Source: Nemertoderma westbladi (taxonomy: Eukaryota > Animalia > Xenacoelomorpha). Taken from it: DNA of 53,559 bases. The position numbers and the translations under genes were made by a program. Shown piece after piece: positions 14,301 to 26,060 of the stretch (the first letter of the stretch is position 1; each line of letters opens with the position of its first letter). Below the pieces are notes generated by a model that was not told the origin of the DNA, did no database searches, and saw only the letters and a list, made by a program, of their open reading frames with translations. Where the stretch lies: assembly GCA_032718475.1 (NCBI GenBank), contig JAUCBJ010005103.1, positions 1 to 53,559 of the forward strand, given 5' to 3'.

Positions 14301-17300
14301 TCTCGGTCTAATACACACTATACGCTGACTCCAACTGAGACTCTCGGTCTACTACACACTATACGCTAACTCCAACTGAGACTCTCGGTCTACTACACAC
14401 TATACGTTGACTCCAACTGAGACTCTCGGTCTACTACACACTATACGTTAACTCACTCCAACTGAGACTCTCGGTCTACTACACACTATACGCTAACTCC
14501 GACTGAGACTCTCGGTCTACTACACACTATACGTTAACTCACTCCAACTGAGACTCTCGGTCTACTACACACTATACGCTAACTCCAACTGAGACTCTCG
14601 GTCTACTACACACTATACGTTGACTCCAACTGAGACTCTCGGTCTACTACACACTATACGTTAACTCACTCCAACTGAGACTCTCGGTCTACTATACACT
14701 ATACGCTAACTCCAACTGAGACTCTCAGTCTACTACACACTATACGTTGACTCCAACTGAGACTCTCGGGCTACTATACACTATACGTTGACTCCAACTG
14801 AGACTCTCGGTCTACTACACACTATACGTTGACTCCAACTGAGACTCTCGGTCTACTACACACTATACGTTAACTCACTCCAACTGAGACTCTCGGTCTA
14901 CTATACACTATACGCTAACTCCAACTGAGACTCTCGGTCTACTACACACTATACGTTGACTCCAACTGAGACTCTCGGGCTACTACACACTATACGTTGA
15001 CTCCAACTGAGACTCTCGGGCTACTATACACTATACGTTGACTCCAACTGAGACTCTCGGTCTACTACACACTATACGTTGACTCCAACTGAGACTCTCG
15101 GTCTACTACACACTATACGTTAACTCACTCCAACTGAGACTCTCGGTCTACTATACACTATACGCTAACTCCAACTGAGACTCTCGGTCTACTACACACT
15201 ATACGTTGACTCCAACTGAGACCCTCGATCTACTACACACTATACGTTGACTCCAACTGAGACCCTCGATCTACTACACACTATACGTTGACTCCAACTG
15301 AGACTCTCGGTCTACTACACACTATACGCTGACTCCAACTGAGACTCTCGGTCTACTACACACTATACGCTGACTCCAACTGAGACTCTCGGTCTACTAC
15401 ACACTATACATTGACTCCAACTGAGACTCTCGGTCTACTACACACTATACGCTGACTCCAACTGAGACTCTCGGGCTACTACACACTATACGCTGACTCC
15501 AACTGAGACTCTCGGTCTACTACACACTATACACTGACTCCAACTGAGACTCTCGGTCTACTACACACTATACATTGACTCCAACTGAGACTCTCGGTCT
15601 ACTACACACTATACATTAACTCCAACTGAGACTCTCGGTCTACTACACACTATACGTTGACTCCAACTGAGACTCTCGGTCTACTACACACTATACATTG
15701 ACTCCAACTGAGACTCTCGGTCTACTACACACTATACATTAACTCCAACTGAGACTCTCGGTCTACTACACACTATACGTTGACTCCAACTGAGACTCTC
15801 GGTCTACTACACACTATACGTTGACTCCAACTGAGACTCTCGGTCTACTACACACTATACGCTGACTCCAACTGAGACTCTCGGTCTACTACACACTATA
15901 CATTGACTCCAACTGAGACTCTCGGTCTACTACACACTATACGTTGACTCCAACTGAGACTCTCGGTCTACTACACACTATACGTTGACTCCAACTGAGA
16001 CTCTCGGTCTACCACACACTATACGTTGACTCCAACTGAGACTCTCTGTCTACCACACACTATACGCTGACTCCAACTGAGACTCTCGGTCTACTACACA
16101 CTATACATTGACTCCAACTGAGACTCTCTGTCTACCACACACTATACGCTGACTCCAACTGAGACTCTCTGTCTACCACACACTATACGCTGACTCCAAC
16201 TGAGACTCTCGGTCTACTACACACTATACGCTGACTCCAACTGAGACTCTCGGGCTACTACACACTATACGCTGACTCCAACTGAGACTCTCGGTCTACT
16301 ACACACTATACATTAACTCCAACTGAGACTCTCGGTCTACTACACACTATACGTTGACTCCAACTGAGACTCTCGGTCTACTACACACTATACGTTGACT
16401 CCAACTGAGACTCTCGGTCTACTACACACTATACGTTGACTCCAACTGAGACTCTCGGTCTACTACACACTATACGCTGACTCCAACTGAGACTCTCGGT
16501 CTACTACACACTATACATTGACTCCGACTGAGACTCTCGGTCTACTACACACTATACGTTGACTCCAACTGAGACTCTCGGTCTACTACACACTATACGC
16601 TAACTCCAACTGAGACTCTCGGTCTACTACACACTATACATTGACTCCAACTGAGACTCTTGGGCTACTACACACTATACGCTGACTCCAACTGAGACTC
16701 TCGGTCTACCACACACTATACATTGACTCCAACTGAGACTCTCGGTCTACTACACACTATACGCTAACTCCAACTGAGACTCTCGGTCTACTACACACTA
16801 TACGCTGACTCCGACTGAGACTCTCGGTCTACTATACACTATACGCTAACTCCAACTGAGACTCTCGGTCTACCACACACTATACGTTGACTCCAACTGA
16901 GACTCTCGGTCTACTACACACTATACATTGACTCCAACTGAGACTCTCGGTCTACCACACACTATACGCTGACTCCAACTGAGACTCTCGGTCTACCACA
17001 CACTATACATTGACTCCAACTGAGACTCTCGGTCTACTACACACTATACGCTGACTCCAACTGAGACTCTCGGGCTACTACACACTATACGCTGACTCCA
17101 ACTGAGACTCTCGGTCTACCACACACTATACATTGACTCCAACTGAGACTCTCGGTCTACTACACACTATACGCTGACTCCAACTGAGACTCTCGGTCTA
17201 CTACACACTATACGCTGACTCCGACTGAGACTCTCGGTCTACTATACACTATACGCTAACTCCAACTGAGACTCTCGGTCTACCACACACTATACGTTGA

Positions 17301-17655
17301 CTCCAACTGAGACTCTCGGTCTACTACACACTATACATTGACTCCAACTGAGACTCTCGGTCTACCACACACTATACGCTGACTCCAACTGAGACTCTCG
17401 GTCTACTACACACTATACGCTGACTCCAACTGAGACTCTCGGTCTACTACACACTATATGCTGACTCCAACTGAGACTCTCGATATACTACACACTATAC
17501 GCTGACTCCAACTGAGACTCTCGATATACTACACACTATACGCTGACTCCAACTGAGACTCTTGGGCTACTACACACTATACGTTGACTCCAACTGAGAC
17601 TCTCAGTCTACTACACAACACACTATACGTTGACTGCAACTAAGACTCTCGGTCT
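5337..17655. repeat. Tandem satellite 2, 41 bp unit (ctactacacactatacgctgactccaactgagactctcggt), about 300 copies
   Basis: Directly visible and highly homogeneous, with recurrent single-base variants and a 45 bp variant (gttaactcactcc). Confidence 0.98.
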
Positions 17656-17658
17656 CAC

Positions 17659-17739
17659 CGTCTGTCGATGTTGTAACGACAGAAAGTCCAGGGCTGCATT
17701 ATTGATTCCACAGAAACCTATAGGAAGCGCCGATACTTT
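17659..17739 (-). CDS. Host gene exon: cadherin-like segment with an LDF motif
   Basis: Acceptor ttataatag and donor gtgaga; 81 nt, phase 0/0. Only one frame is open (KVSALPIGFCGINNAALDFLSLQHRQT), and it is phase-compatible with both neighbouring exons. Confidence 0.65.
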
Positions 17740-17829
17740 CTATTATAATTAAAATGAGAATATCTCATCTAAAATCAATTTCACATCTGCATCTTGAAAT
17801 CCTTTACTTTGGTACATAGCATGACAACT

Positions 17830-17882
17830 ACCTATCAGACTTCCAACCCAGAGGTTACCAGTTCGATCCCACCTGGACGTCA
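17830..17882 (+). pseudogene. Degenerate tRNA-like fragment (possible SINE head)
   Basis: cagacttccaacccagaggttaccagttcgatcccacc has an anticodon-arm-like segment followed by a B-box GTTCGATCC. No intact cloverleaf. Confidence 0.35.
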
Positions 17883-18189
17883 TTGCCGACTTTGCAAAAG
17901 CTGTGCCCAACGAAAAGTTATAATAATGTGAAACCACTTATTCACCCATAACACCAATAAAAAAATTATAAAACTACCTTCCGAGCAGTCTAAATGAAGA
18001 CAGGAACTCCAACTGCTGCTGTCTACGATGGAATTCTTGGTTGTACAAAATTATTGATAAAAATTGTACAAAATGAACGAGGCAGATAAATAAGTTATCT
18101 TTAAGTAGTGTACTGTTCTGGAACAGTCCGATGTATCCTGGTATCAGGACCCGAGCAGCCGAGTTGCATCAAGATACAAGATGTGATTA

Positions 18190-19752
18190 CTACTACTACT
18201 ACTACTAGGATCGGCATGCTGCATTGCAGCTGCATTTTTAAGAATGCTGTGCCGGCTTGTCAACAAAATTGCACCGCCACAACTCCTTATCACCCATGAC
18301 ATTTGCTAGATCATCCGCATCTTTAAGGCCAGTGTCCTTTAAGATGCGTCTCAAGAAAGTCATGGGCTGTCCACCATGCTTATTCACTCCATGAGGCTGC
18401 CAAAGTACAAGATTATGCACTGGCTGGTCCTCACGGCGAAAGCAATGCCCTGCAAAGCGGAGGCGATTTTGTTCTAGTGTCAAGCTTGGGGGAACCAATG
18501 AGGCACCTCCAATGTTATATAGTGTCTGGTTGGAGATGTGTGCATTGTACTTGACACAATGAACCCGGCGTAGCATTCTTGTGAATGTGCCATCCAGAGA
18601 TTTGGTGTCCTCAGCAGTTAGAGCCCAGCATGGACTCCCGTAGAGGAGTACTGGAACTACTGCTGCTCTAAATAATCGGACCTTAAGTTTCCGATTAATT
18701 CTCGGTGATTTCCAAATCCTGGAAAGCCTATTCAAGGCTGTCCATGCCTTTCCCTTACGTATTCGAAGGTCCTCACCTGACTTCCGGATCCATGATCCCA
18801 GGTAACAGAAGTCGTCCACATGCTCAAGCATACCATCCTTTGAGCTTATGCTCATCCGATCAGAGACTTGCTGAGGACTTTCAAAGTTAACGGTCAGAAT
18901 TTTGGTCTTTCTGGAGTTAATAAAAAGACCAACACTAGAAGCAGCATGTTCTAATGAGCTGAGGAGCCGTTGGGCTCCCTCTAATGATTCTGAGAGTACT
19001 CCTAAGTCATCAGCAAAGTCTAGATCAGTTAGGTACTTGGCAGGATTTCCTCGACTTCTGGAGCCAGTAGGTGGAGTTATCATCACCCCATCATCATTAT
19101 GATGATCTAAGGACATGCGTAGAACATAGTCAACCACAATAATGAACAAGAATGGTGCAAGTGTGTCTCCTTGGAGGACGCCCCATAACACTTCAAATGG
19201 TTCTGTGTCACCGTCAACAGTAGACACAAATGTTGTCGAACCATCGTATACTGATCTGATTGCTGCAATAATTTCATCAGGAATCCCATATAATGAAAGT
19301 ATGCTGAACATACGTGAGCGAGAGACTGAATCAAAGGCCTTGAAGAAGTCAACAAAGATAACAGTCAGATGCCTGTCTTTCTTTTTTGATAATTCTTCAA
19401 TTATCCTTCTAAGTGCCAAAATGGGCTCCATGGTCCCACGACCTTTACGGAACCCATTCTGATTTCCACGGAGCAGTCTCTCAATGGGATCCCTGATGCG
19501 ATTTAATAGAATCCTATTGTATAGCTTTGCAGCAATCGAGATCAATGAGATTCCCCGAAAAGAACCATAGAGTGTTAGGTTGCCCTTCTTGGGAACTGGC
19601 ACCAACTTATTTGTTTTCATTTCTTGTGGGACTCTTGTTGTTCGGTACATGTCTACTATGATGGGATAGATGAGCTTTAAACACTCAGGTATTTTAAAGA
19701 CCTCAGGGGGAACACCATCTACTCCACTGGCACGATTGGTCTTAACGGAGAT
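18190..19752 (-). mobile_element. 5'-truncated RTE-clade non-LTR retrotransposon (family 1, copy 1)
   Basis: Uninterrupted RT frame, a short 3' UTR with a GCTGCA-A-TGCAGC dyad and a (TAG)n tail at 18190-18207. TSD tgtgatta at 18182-18189 and 19753-19760. Confidence 0.93.
18238..19750 (-). CDS. Reverse transcriptase domain of RTE LINE ORF2 (5' truncated, no endonuclease)
   Basis: Motifs ASGVDGVPPE (upstream of the ORF-track Met), PVPKKG, RGISL, QNGFR, FVDFFKAFDSV, GVLQGDTLAPFLF, LDFADD, FCYLGS and LLYGS. Confidence 0.93.
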
Positions 19753-19936
19753 TGTGATTAACGGAGGAAGAAATACTACGGAATTGCTTGCTTGTCAGTA
19801 CGATTCTATTTACTACACTGGGAATTCGGCGGGCGGTCGGATCGCAATGCGGGCCACTGCCAAGTTCCTCATGCCTCACTCCGGCCTCCCACCTTCAGAC
19901 CTTGGAGTGCGGTGGGGTGGAAAGAGTCTGACTTAC

Positions 19937-20278
19937 GTAGACGACAGGACGAATCGACGAGGATTGCGATCTGGGTTTAGCGGCGGCCCGGAGCCTGGGA
20001 TCGCCTGGGGGAAATGGATGAACGTTGGCAGGTTGGGCAGACGTGTATCCACGGATTATGTTCTCTGCGACGCGAAAGTGTGAGGCGAGGTCGAATTGGG
20101 TCGGAAGCTGTGGGAATTCTACTGTTCTACGGGAATAAACCGTAGCGGTCCGGTGACTATGGACGGATACTGGGATTATAAGCAGGTATTTGATTGAGTT
20201 TCTCGTATTCTCGATGCTCGAGGCGGATAGAGATTTGGTTGTGTTGGGCGGAGATACCGATAGCTGCATAGCTCCGAT
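19937..20278 (-). CDS. Host gene exon: N-terminal part of a putative cadherin-like repeat
   Basis: Acceptor ataaacag and perfect donor gtaagt; 342 nt, phase 0/0, open frame, GC-rich relative to the AT-rich sequence just upstream. Contains EFPQLPTQFDLASHFRVAENIIRG, resembling the cadherin F-x-V-x-E-N-x-x-x-G motif. Confidence 0.65.
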
Positions 20279-20560
20279 CTGTTTATAATTATGTTTTTTT
20301 GTTATTGTTATTTATTTATACTCGGAATTTGAGGAAGTCGACATTGATGAAGTAATGTAGCGCTTTATATTGGACATAAAATACCAGGTAGTATTCAAAG
20401 AGACCACGATGATACTTATTTTATGAATAATAAGTTTATTGTTTTGGTTAAAATATCGTGCCACTGTAACCTGGCTCCTTTCCCTAAATTGAGAATTTAA
20501 CATTGAGGCGGGATATTATTTCGCCAAGATGTGATTTGCGTGCAGTCTATCTCTTGATTT

Positions 20561-21030
20561 TACTAGAAAATAGAATGCATTGCATTTTACTGTTATAATT
20601 ACTGTAAATGAATAAAAAATTAATTTATTGTTTATTAAACCGTACTAAGCACGTTGAACTGGAGCTTTAACAATTCCCCCTAGTGGCAGACTGGAACTGT
20701 AAAAGTCTGTCTGGGTGTAGGTTTTCTAATTAAGAAATGCTCGTAGGCTACTACTACCAAATTTCAGATGAATCTGATAGTTGGTTCTATAATTACTGCT
20801 ATTTTTATGTTTCTGCCAATTCACCCCGTAACGGCAGGCAGAGGAATGGAACTGTAGAAGTCTGTCTGTGTGTAGAATTTCTAAATTTTTTATAGACTAC
20901 ATGTATACCAAGTTTGGTTCCATTTCATCCATGATTGACCGACTTATTAGCATTCAAACATTCCCGCCACAAACATAGCCAGAGGCAGCCACAAACAAAC
21001 ATAAGCTGCAGGAACTCGAGCGATAATTAA
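20561..21030 (+). mobile_element. Non-autonomous Helentron-associated (HINE/DINE-like) relic
   Basis: Starts with ACTAGAAA. Has two diverged ~150 bp internal tandem repeats (ggaactgta(a/g)aagtctgtctg...taccaa) and an (ACAA)n microsatellite near the 3' end. Confidence 0.5.
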
Positions 21031-22518
21031 TTCATTATTAAATACTGTTTCAATTAAATTATTTACGAAAATCTACTTATCTTCTTTTAAATATGGACCC
21101 TGCATTCGTGGAAAATATAATGTTTGATAATTCAGCAGTCAACCTTCGATAATTTTGCAGGCTAGGTCCTTGTCATGGCCTGTTATTTAGATGGCCTTGA
21201 TTCAGCCATATCATGTACCGGTACGGTACCTTAATCTTATTAAACAGTACGGTACCGGTACTGTTACAGTGGTACAGAGTTACCGGTACCGTATTCAGGT
21301 CGTTGGCGCCACCCAACAATTGGCTCGGCAAAGGCAACCATGCAGCTATGGAAGTTTTGAAAATTATGCGGACTTAAGACAAGACTGACATATTGTCAGG
21401 TTGTACCAACTGACCTTTATTCCATGTTCCGGTATCCAATACTGCACTAGGTACCCCAACAGCCCAATACTGCAATACCCAGCAACGTTTGTACCGGTAC
21501 TCAAACAACTCGCCATCAAGGCCACGGCCTCTGTCTGTCGCAGTGTCGTTGGCGACCTCGACTTTTGTTATCGCTACTATGCTAGCGCTACGGGCAAACT
21601 GGACTAACCGATGAGCGAGACCCGAGGACTGAAGAATGCATTGAATTTTTTGAGTAGTTTGACTGTGGACTTCTATGACATCGATGCCAAGCTGCCAATG
21701 CGAAAGTTTTTTTAAAGTAAAAGATTGGTTAAATTTTATTAATTATTTATTTAAATTTCTTAAGTACCGATTTTGGGATATAATTGTTCAATTTTAATCT
21801 GCATCTAATAACTGACCCTCGTCCTGCGCGATGGCCCCACGAACCTGTAGTATTGGTGTAGGAATCGGTGTAGAAGTACGACTACCGGACGAAAAATAGG
21901 CGTTGCCTCATATTGATATCACTGCAAGGAAGCAATTAGTTAATAACAGAAACTTCCACAAATACCAATACATTTTATTTATCGATTTAGTTGTAAATTT
22001 GAACATCAGCCATTCAGTTCGCTTTAGACATGCTGGTATAATGATCTTATTAAGATTTCCAGTGTTTGCTCAGTTTCAGTACAACACGCTATTAAATAAT
22101 TTTAGTACTTTAGGTTGATGCATTGATTCGTAATTTGAGGGTTGAATTATACTACTGCTACTGTTTAGGGATGGGGGGGGGGGGGGGGGGGGTAACGCAA
22201 TCGCATCTCGGTGAGTTAATATAGCTTCCCAGCGAAGTAGCAATGTGAAATATCAATAAGGAGAAGGAGCAGGTTACCTTGGCACGCTATTTTAATAAAT
22301 AAAAGTCGACTCGACTAATCGGCCCTACAGTTTCATTTTTGCGAGTAATCAATCACCTGTTATTAGCCTCGATATACCCCGATTTTTATAGCATCGAGAG
22401 AACCCATCCCCATAGCTTTGCCATTTCAACTCACACCCCCTGCCCTTCCACCCTCTTGCTTAGAAAACACAACCAGTTACTGACGGATCGCGCGATAACC
22501 GATAACAGGTGTGCAGAA

Positions 22519-23905
22519 CGGCCCTTACATGTACATGTCAAAACCGTCTAAGTCAATTTTTTTCGAAAAATGACATATGCATATATTTGGAATAAGGAAA
22601 ACGAGGCGCATCTTTCTAGCCAAGTTAAGACGTAATTATGAAGTCCTAAGGAGTTATATTTTTGCCAAAACCGTCTATCTCAACTTCTGTCAATAATAGT
22701 AAATCCCAAAACCATCTATCTTTACTTCGATTGATTTGGGATTAAACACTAAGTTTGGATTTATGGTTTCCTTTATGTCGAAACCGTCTATCTGTGTATT
22801 CTATTCTATCTGTGTATTCTATTCTATCTGTGTATTCTATTCTATTCTATCTGTGTATTCTATTCTATCTGTGTATTCTATTCTATCTGTGTATTCTATT
22901 CTATCTGTGTATTCTATTCTATCTGTGTATTCTATTCTATCTGTGTATTCTATTCTATCTGTGTATTCTATTCTATCTGTGTATTCTATTCTATTCTATC
23001 TGTGTATTCTATTCTATCTGTGTATTACGTCTAGTTGTATTCCGTTGGATTCAATATCTAATAATTATTCATCTGTATTTACCAAAACAGTCTATCTCTA
23101 TGATCTACAATACAATAATGACTGTAAACTTGCCTTATAGCCTACAATTATGCTTTTACTAGTACCTAGTTTTACTAGTTTCTAAAATTTAATGGGCTAT
23201 CCACCATCGCAAACGCCATTTATATAGCTATGTTAATTATCGTACTGTGGTCCCTTTCTGGCACCCATCACCAATATTTTTCGTGCTAATATTTTCAAAA
23301 GTTTTTATGGCTAACTAAAATTAATTTATTTGCAGTATATCGCGTTTTTTTTGGATGCTGATGGCGATTGTAGAACTAAAATGTAACATTCGATTTTTCA
23401 TAGAATTCGATTTTTGGTAATTTTAATAATGAAGTATGTCCTTTATTGAATTTTTTTTTGGGATGCTGATCACGAATATGAAACTGAAATATATCGTACC
23501 TTGTTGATTATAGTATTTTTGGATATGTGTCAATGTGTGGTACGAAAAATATTAGTATAGAACAAATTTGTTAATAAAAATCATTACCAAATTTCTTGGA
23601 CTTTGAAAGTTTTATGCTACAATTGCATTTTTCGTCACACCAGACAAGCACTAAAAGCGACAGTTGTGTTACCACTAAAGATTTTTAAGGAGTTGTATCA
23701 TGATCAGCGACCTTGAAAACCAGGTATAATAGCTTCAGAATTACCAAACCAAAGGCAAAATTTAATAGTCTGAAATTTTTGCAAACAAAAAGTTATACTT
23801 TTCGTCCTGGGGCATCAGAATGGCGCAAAAAGTGATGTTTGACTTACCAGAAATATTTTTAACACCGTATACCTTAAGAATTATCAAACCAAACAACATT
23901 TTTTG
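22519..23905 (-). mobile_element. Inverted copy of the right arm of DNA transposon family A; may extend to a degenerate terminus at about 25333
   Basis: Reverse-complement match to about 30240-31321, starting at TIR cggccctta..aaaaccgtctaagtc. Repeated subterminal motif ccaaaaccgtctatct. catttaaggcccg at 25321-25333 resembles the other terminus. Confidence 0.8.
22788..23027. repeat. 20 bp minisatellite (ctatctgtgtattctatt plus attct units), about 11 copies
   Basis: Directly visible; accounts for the spurious ORFs 22736..23140 and 22755..23162. Confidence 0.95.
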
Positions 23906-24761
23906 TGTTTTAACTGTTTACTAAACACGACTAAATAGCCTAAACAGTGTTTAGGCATACTTTATTGTCAGTTATCTTTTATTTGGTTTGGAATGTCTAC
24001 GGAATAGAGGATGTTGGATGGGTGCCAAAATACAATGTCTCTAATTGAATCATATGAGCGCACAATCACCCTACTCTAGTAGTAGCAAGTAACTGGAAAA
24101 ATTAAACGCCCATATCGAATTCGAGTGGAAATTAAAATCTCCCCAATTCGTACGCAGCAAAATAAAATTCGCCCGATAAATAATTCCAACTTAATTACAT
24201 TGATTAATGTCTAGCTGAGTATGAAACTGTGGGGCTATCCTAAACTGTGGGCCATCAGCGAACTATGGCCGTTCTCCAAAAGTCTGTTTGAGTGTGTCGG
24301 AAGCCAATATATAACTAGCCATAGTAAAAATATAATTGTTCGCAAAGATAGATGGCTTGTAGCTTTTGCTGCTCGAAGGCCCCACTCGTGTAACAAGTGC
24401 TATAATAAGGCTCCCGTTTATTGTTTTGGCGAGAACTCAACTCAACGCAGGCCTACAACAACATAATGGGGAGTAGAAACGGTCACGAATATCGGGTAAG
24501 ATCTTCACTAACAGCCTCGACAACATGTTTAAGAAAACTACTAAATAACTACATTTTTCTTGAAGGTTGTGTATAATATATTCTAAGGCTGCGTCACATA
24601 TCACAATCGACGGAATTTGGTTCATACTGTATATACAAAATGTTGACGGATTTTATATTATATATACAGTTTGTAGGTGTTGGCATATCATTTTAGTATT
24701 AACTAGAAAAGCCATCAAGTTGTCTCTCAACGAAACTGCCTAAACCTTAACAACAAAAATA

Positions 24762-24834
24762 CTTGAACCAGGATCGAACCCGGTACTTTCACATCTTTAA
24801 CTCTGTCGCTTTACCGAGTGAGATAAATCACTAG
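24762..24834 (-). pseudogene. Degenerate tRNA-derived SINE head
   Basis: Minus strand shows an A-box-like TATCTCACTCGGTAAAGCG and a B-box GGTTCGATCC at tRNA-like spacing; the stems are decayed. Confidence 0.5.
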
Positions 24835-25432
24835 AGCAAGGAATATTCCTTTGGGGGCCAGTCGCCAGTCTTTCCTACAACAACTACCTACCTACCTCTA
24901 AAGGAGCCAATGGCGCTAAATGACCATAGACACAAAATAAATTTTAGTGCGTTTGAAAAATCAATTTAATTTAATTAAAAACATCAAGGAAAAGGAACAG
25001 GTTACAATGGCGGTGTTTTCTAACCAAAACAATAAGCTATTAATTATTTCACTTGTGGCCAATGTGCGCCACCATCTGCTATAAAGACGTAGTTTTGTTA
25101 TTAATATTAATAAGTATACAATATACTGTAAATATGTATCCAATAATTCAATTTTTAATTTGTTTTAGACGTGACAGGGAAACGTCCACACACCAAAATA
25201 AAATCACCAACATTTAAAACATTTCTGCACAGTTACCGATCAGCTACACATGAAACGTTTAAGCTACAGTAACTTAGTTTGTTTCTACTGAAATAGTTTG
25301 GTATTTGCATACCTACATGTCATTTAAGGCCCGTTTCCGCGCTGCTTTTTTTTGTTAAAACATTTTCTAGAAATTAATTGCTTCAAGATGAATCTGAGAA
25401 TTTTCGAATGCTAAAACCTAAAATATAGAATA

Positions 25433-25570
25433 AAGCTCCAAAAAAAGCTTGAAAAAAAGCTAAAAAAAAACTTGAAAAAAGTTCAAAAAAAGCTTGAAAA
25501 AAAGCTCAAAAAAAGCCCAAAAAAAGCTTGAAAAAAAGCTAAAAAAAGCTAGAAAAAAAGCTCAAAAAAA
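25433..25570. repeat. A-rich low-complexity tandem repeat (A6-8 GCT[C/TG])n
   Basis: Directly visible, about 12 units. Confidence 0.9.
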
Positions 25571-25899
25571 TGCTGGGCGAATATCATAATTATCGAATTC
25601 TAGAACTAGAGACGCTGATTAGTAACAAATATAAAGAACCGCCACATTTTAATATCGCTACTAATAATTAAAGTCACAACAAAGTTGATGACAATTTCAC
25701 CAACAATTTATTTAACACCAATTTATATTATGCCACCCCAAATAAATTATTCTTTGAAAATTTTTTAAAACCATTTATGGCTACAGTATTATTAATATAT
25801 CCAGGCTGATTAAGAGATGACGTCATCACCAGATACCGCGAGTACCTACGCGAACGTGACAATAACTTTATTTATTAATAATACAAATAATAATAATAA

Positions 25900-26060
25900 T
25901 ATTGCAGAATCTTTTCTGGATGACCCCGGATTTAACAATTGCTTTTTGAAGTTTGCCGGTCAGCGTAATAGACATGTTATTAGTCGGGCGACCGCCCACG
26001 GGTTTAACCACCTCATCTGCTTCAACCAACTCCTGTACAGTGCTCTATCGTGCGCTGAAC
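25900..26060 (-). pseudogene. Possible piggyBac transposase C-terminal remnant
   Basis: Minus frame reads TVQELVEADEVVKPVGGRPTNNMSITLTGKLQKAIVKSGVIQKRFC, resembling the GRP...RLTGxH...QKRC region that precedes the piggyBac Cys-rich domain. Motif recognition only. Confidence 0.3.

Noticed and set aside
445-17655. tRNA A-box-like strings in satellites 1 and 2 (TGACTCAATTGGT; TCTCAGTTGG)
   Set aside because: No B-box or cloverleaf; the matches are too short to support a tRNA origin.
18108-20083. Plus-strand ORFs 18108..18299 and 19670..20083 join in frame if the LINE is removed
   Set aside because: No recognisable motif, partly antisense to the 19937-20278 exon, and a 1-in-3 chance of frame agreement.
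20312-20503. Minus-strand ORF as the next upstream exon
   Set aside because: Available donors are phase 2 or leave a 43 nt intron. The only phase-0 option needs a weak AAG acceptor.
22736-23162. Two hydrophobic repeat ORFs
   Set aside because: Translations of the 20 bp minisatellite.
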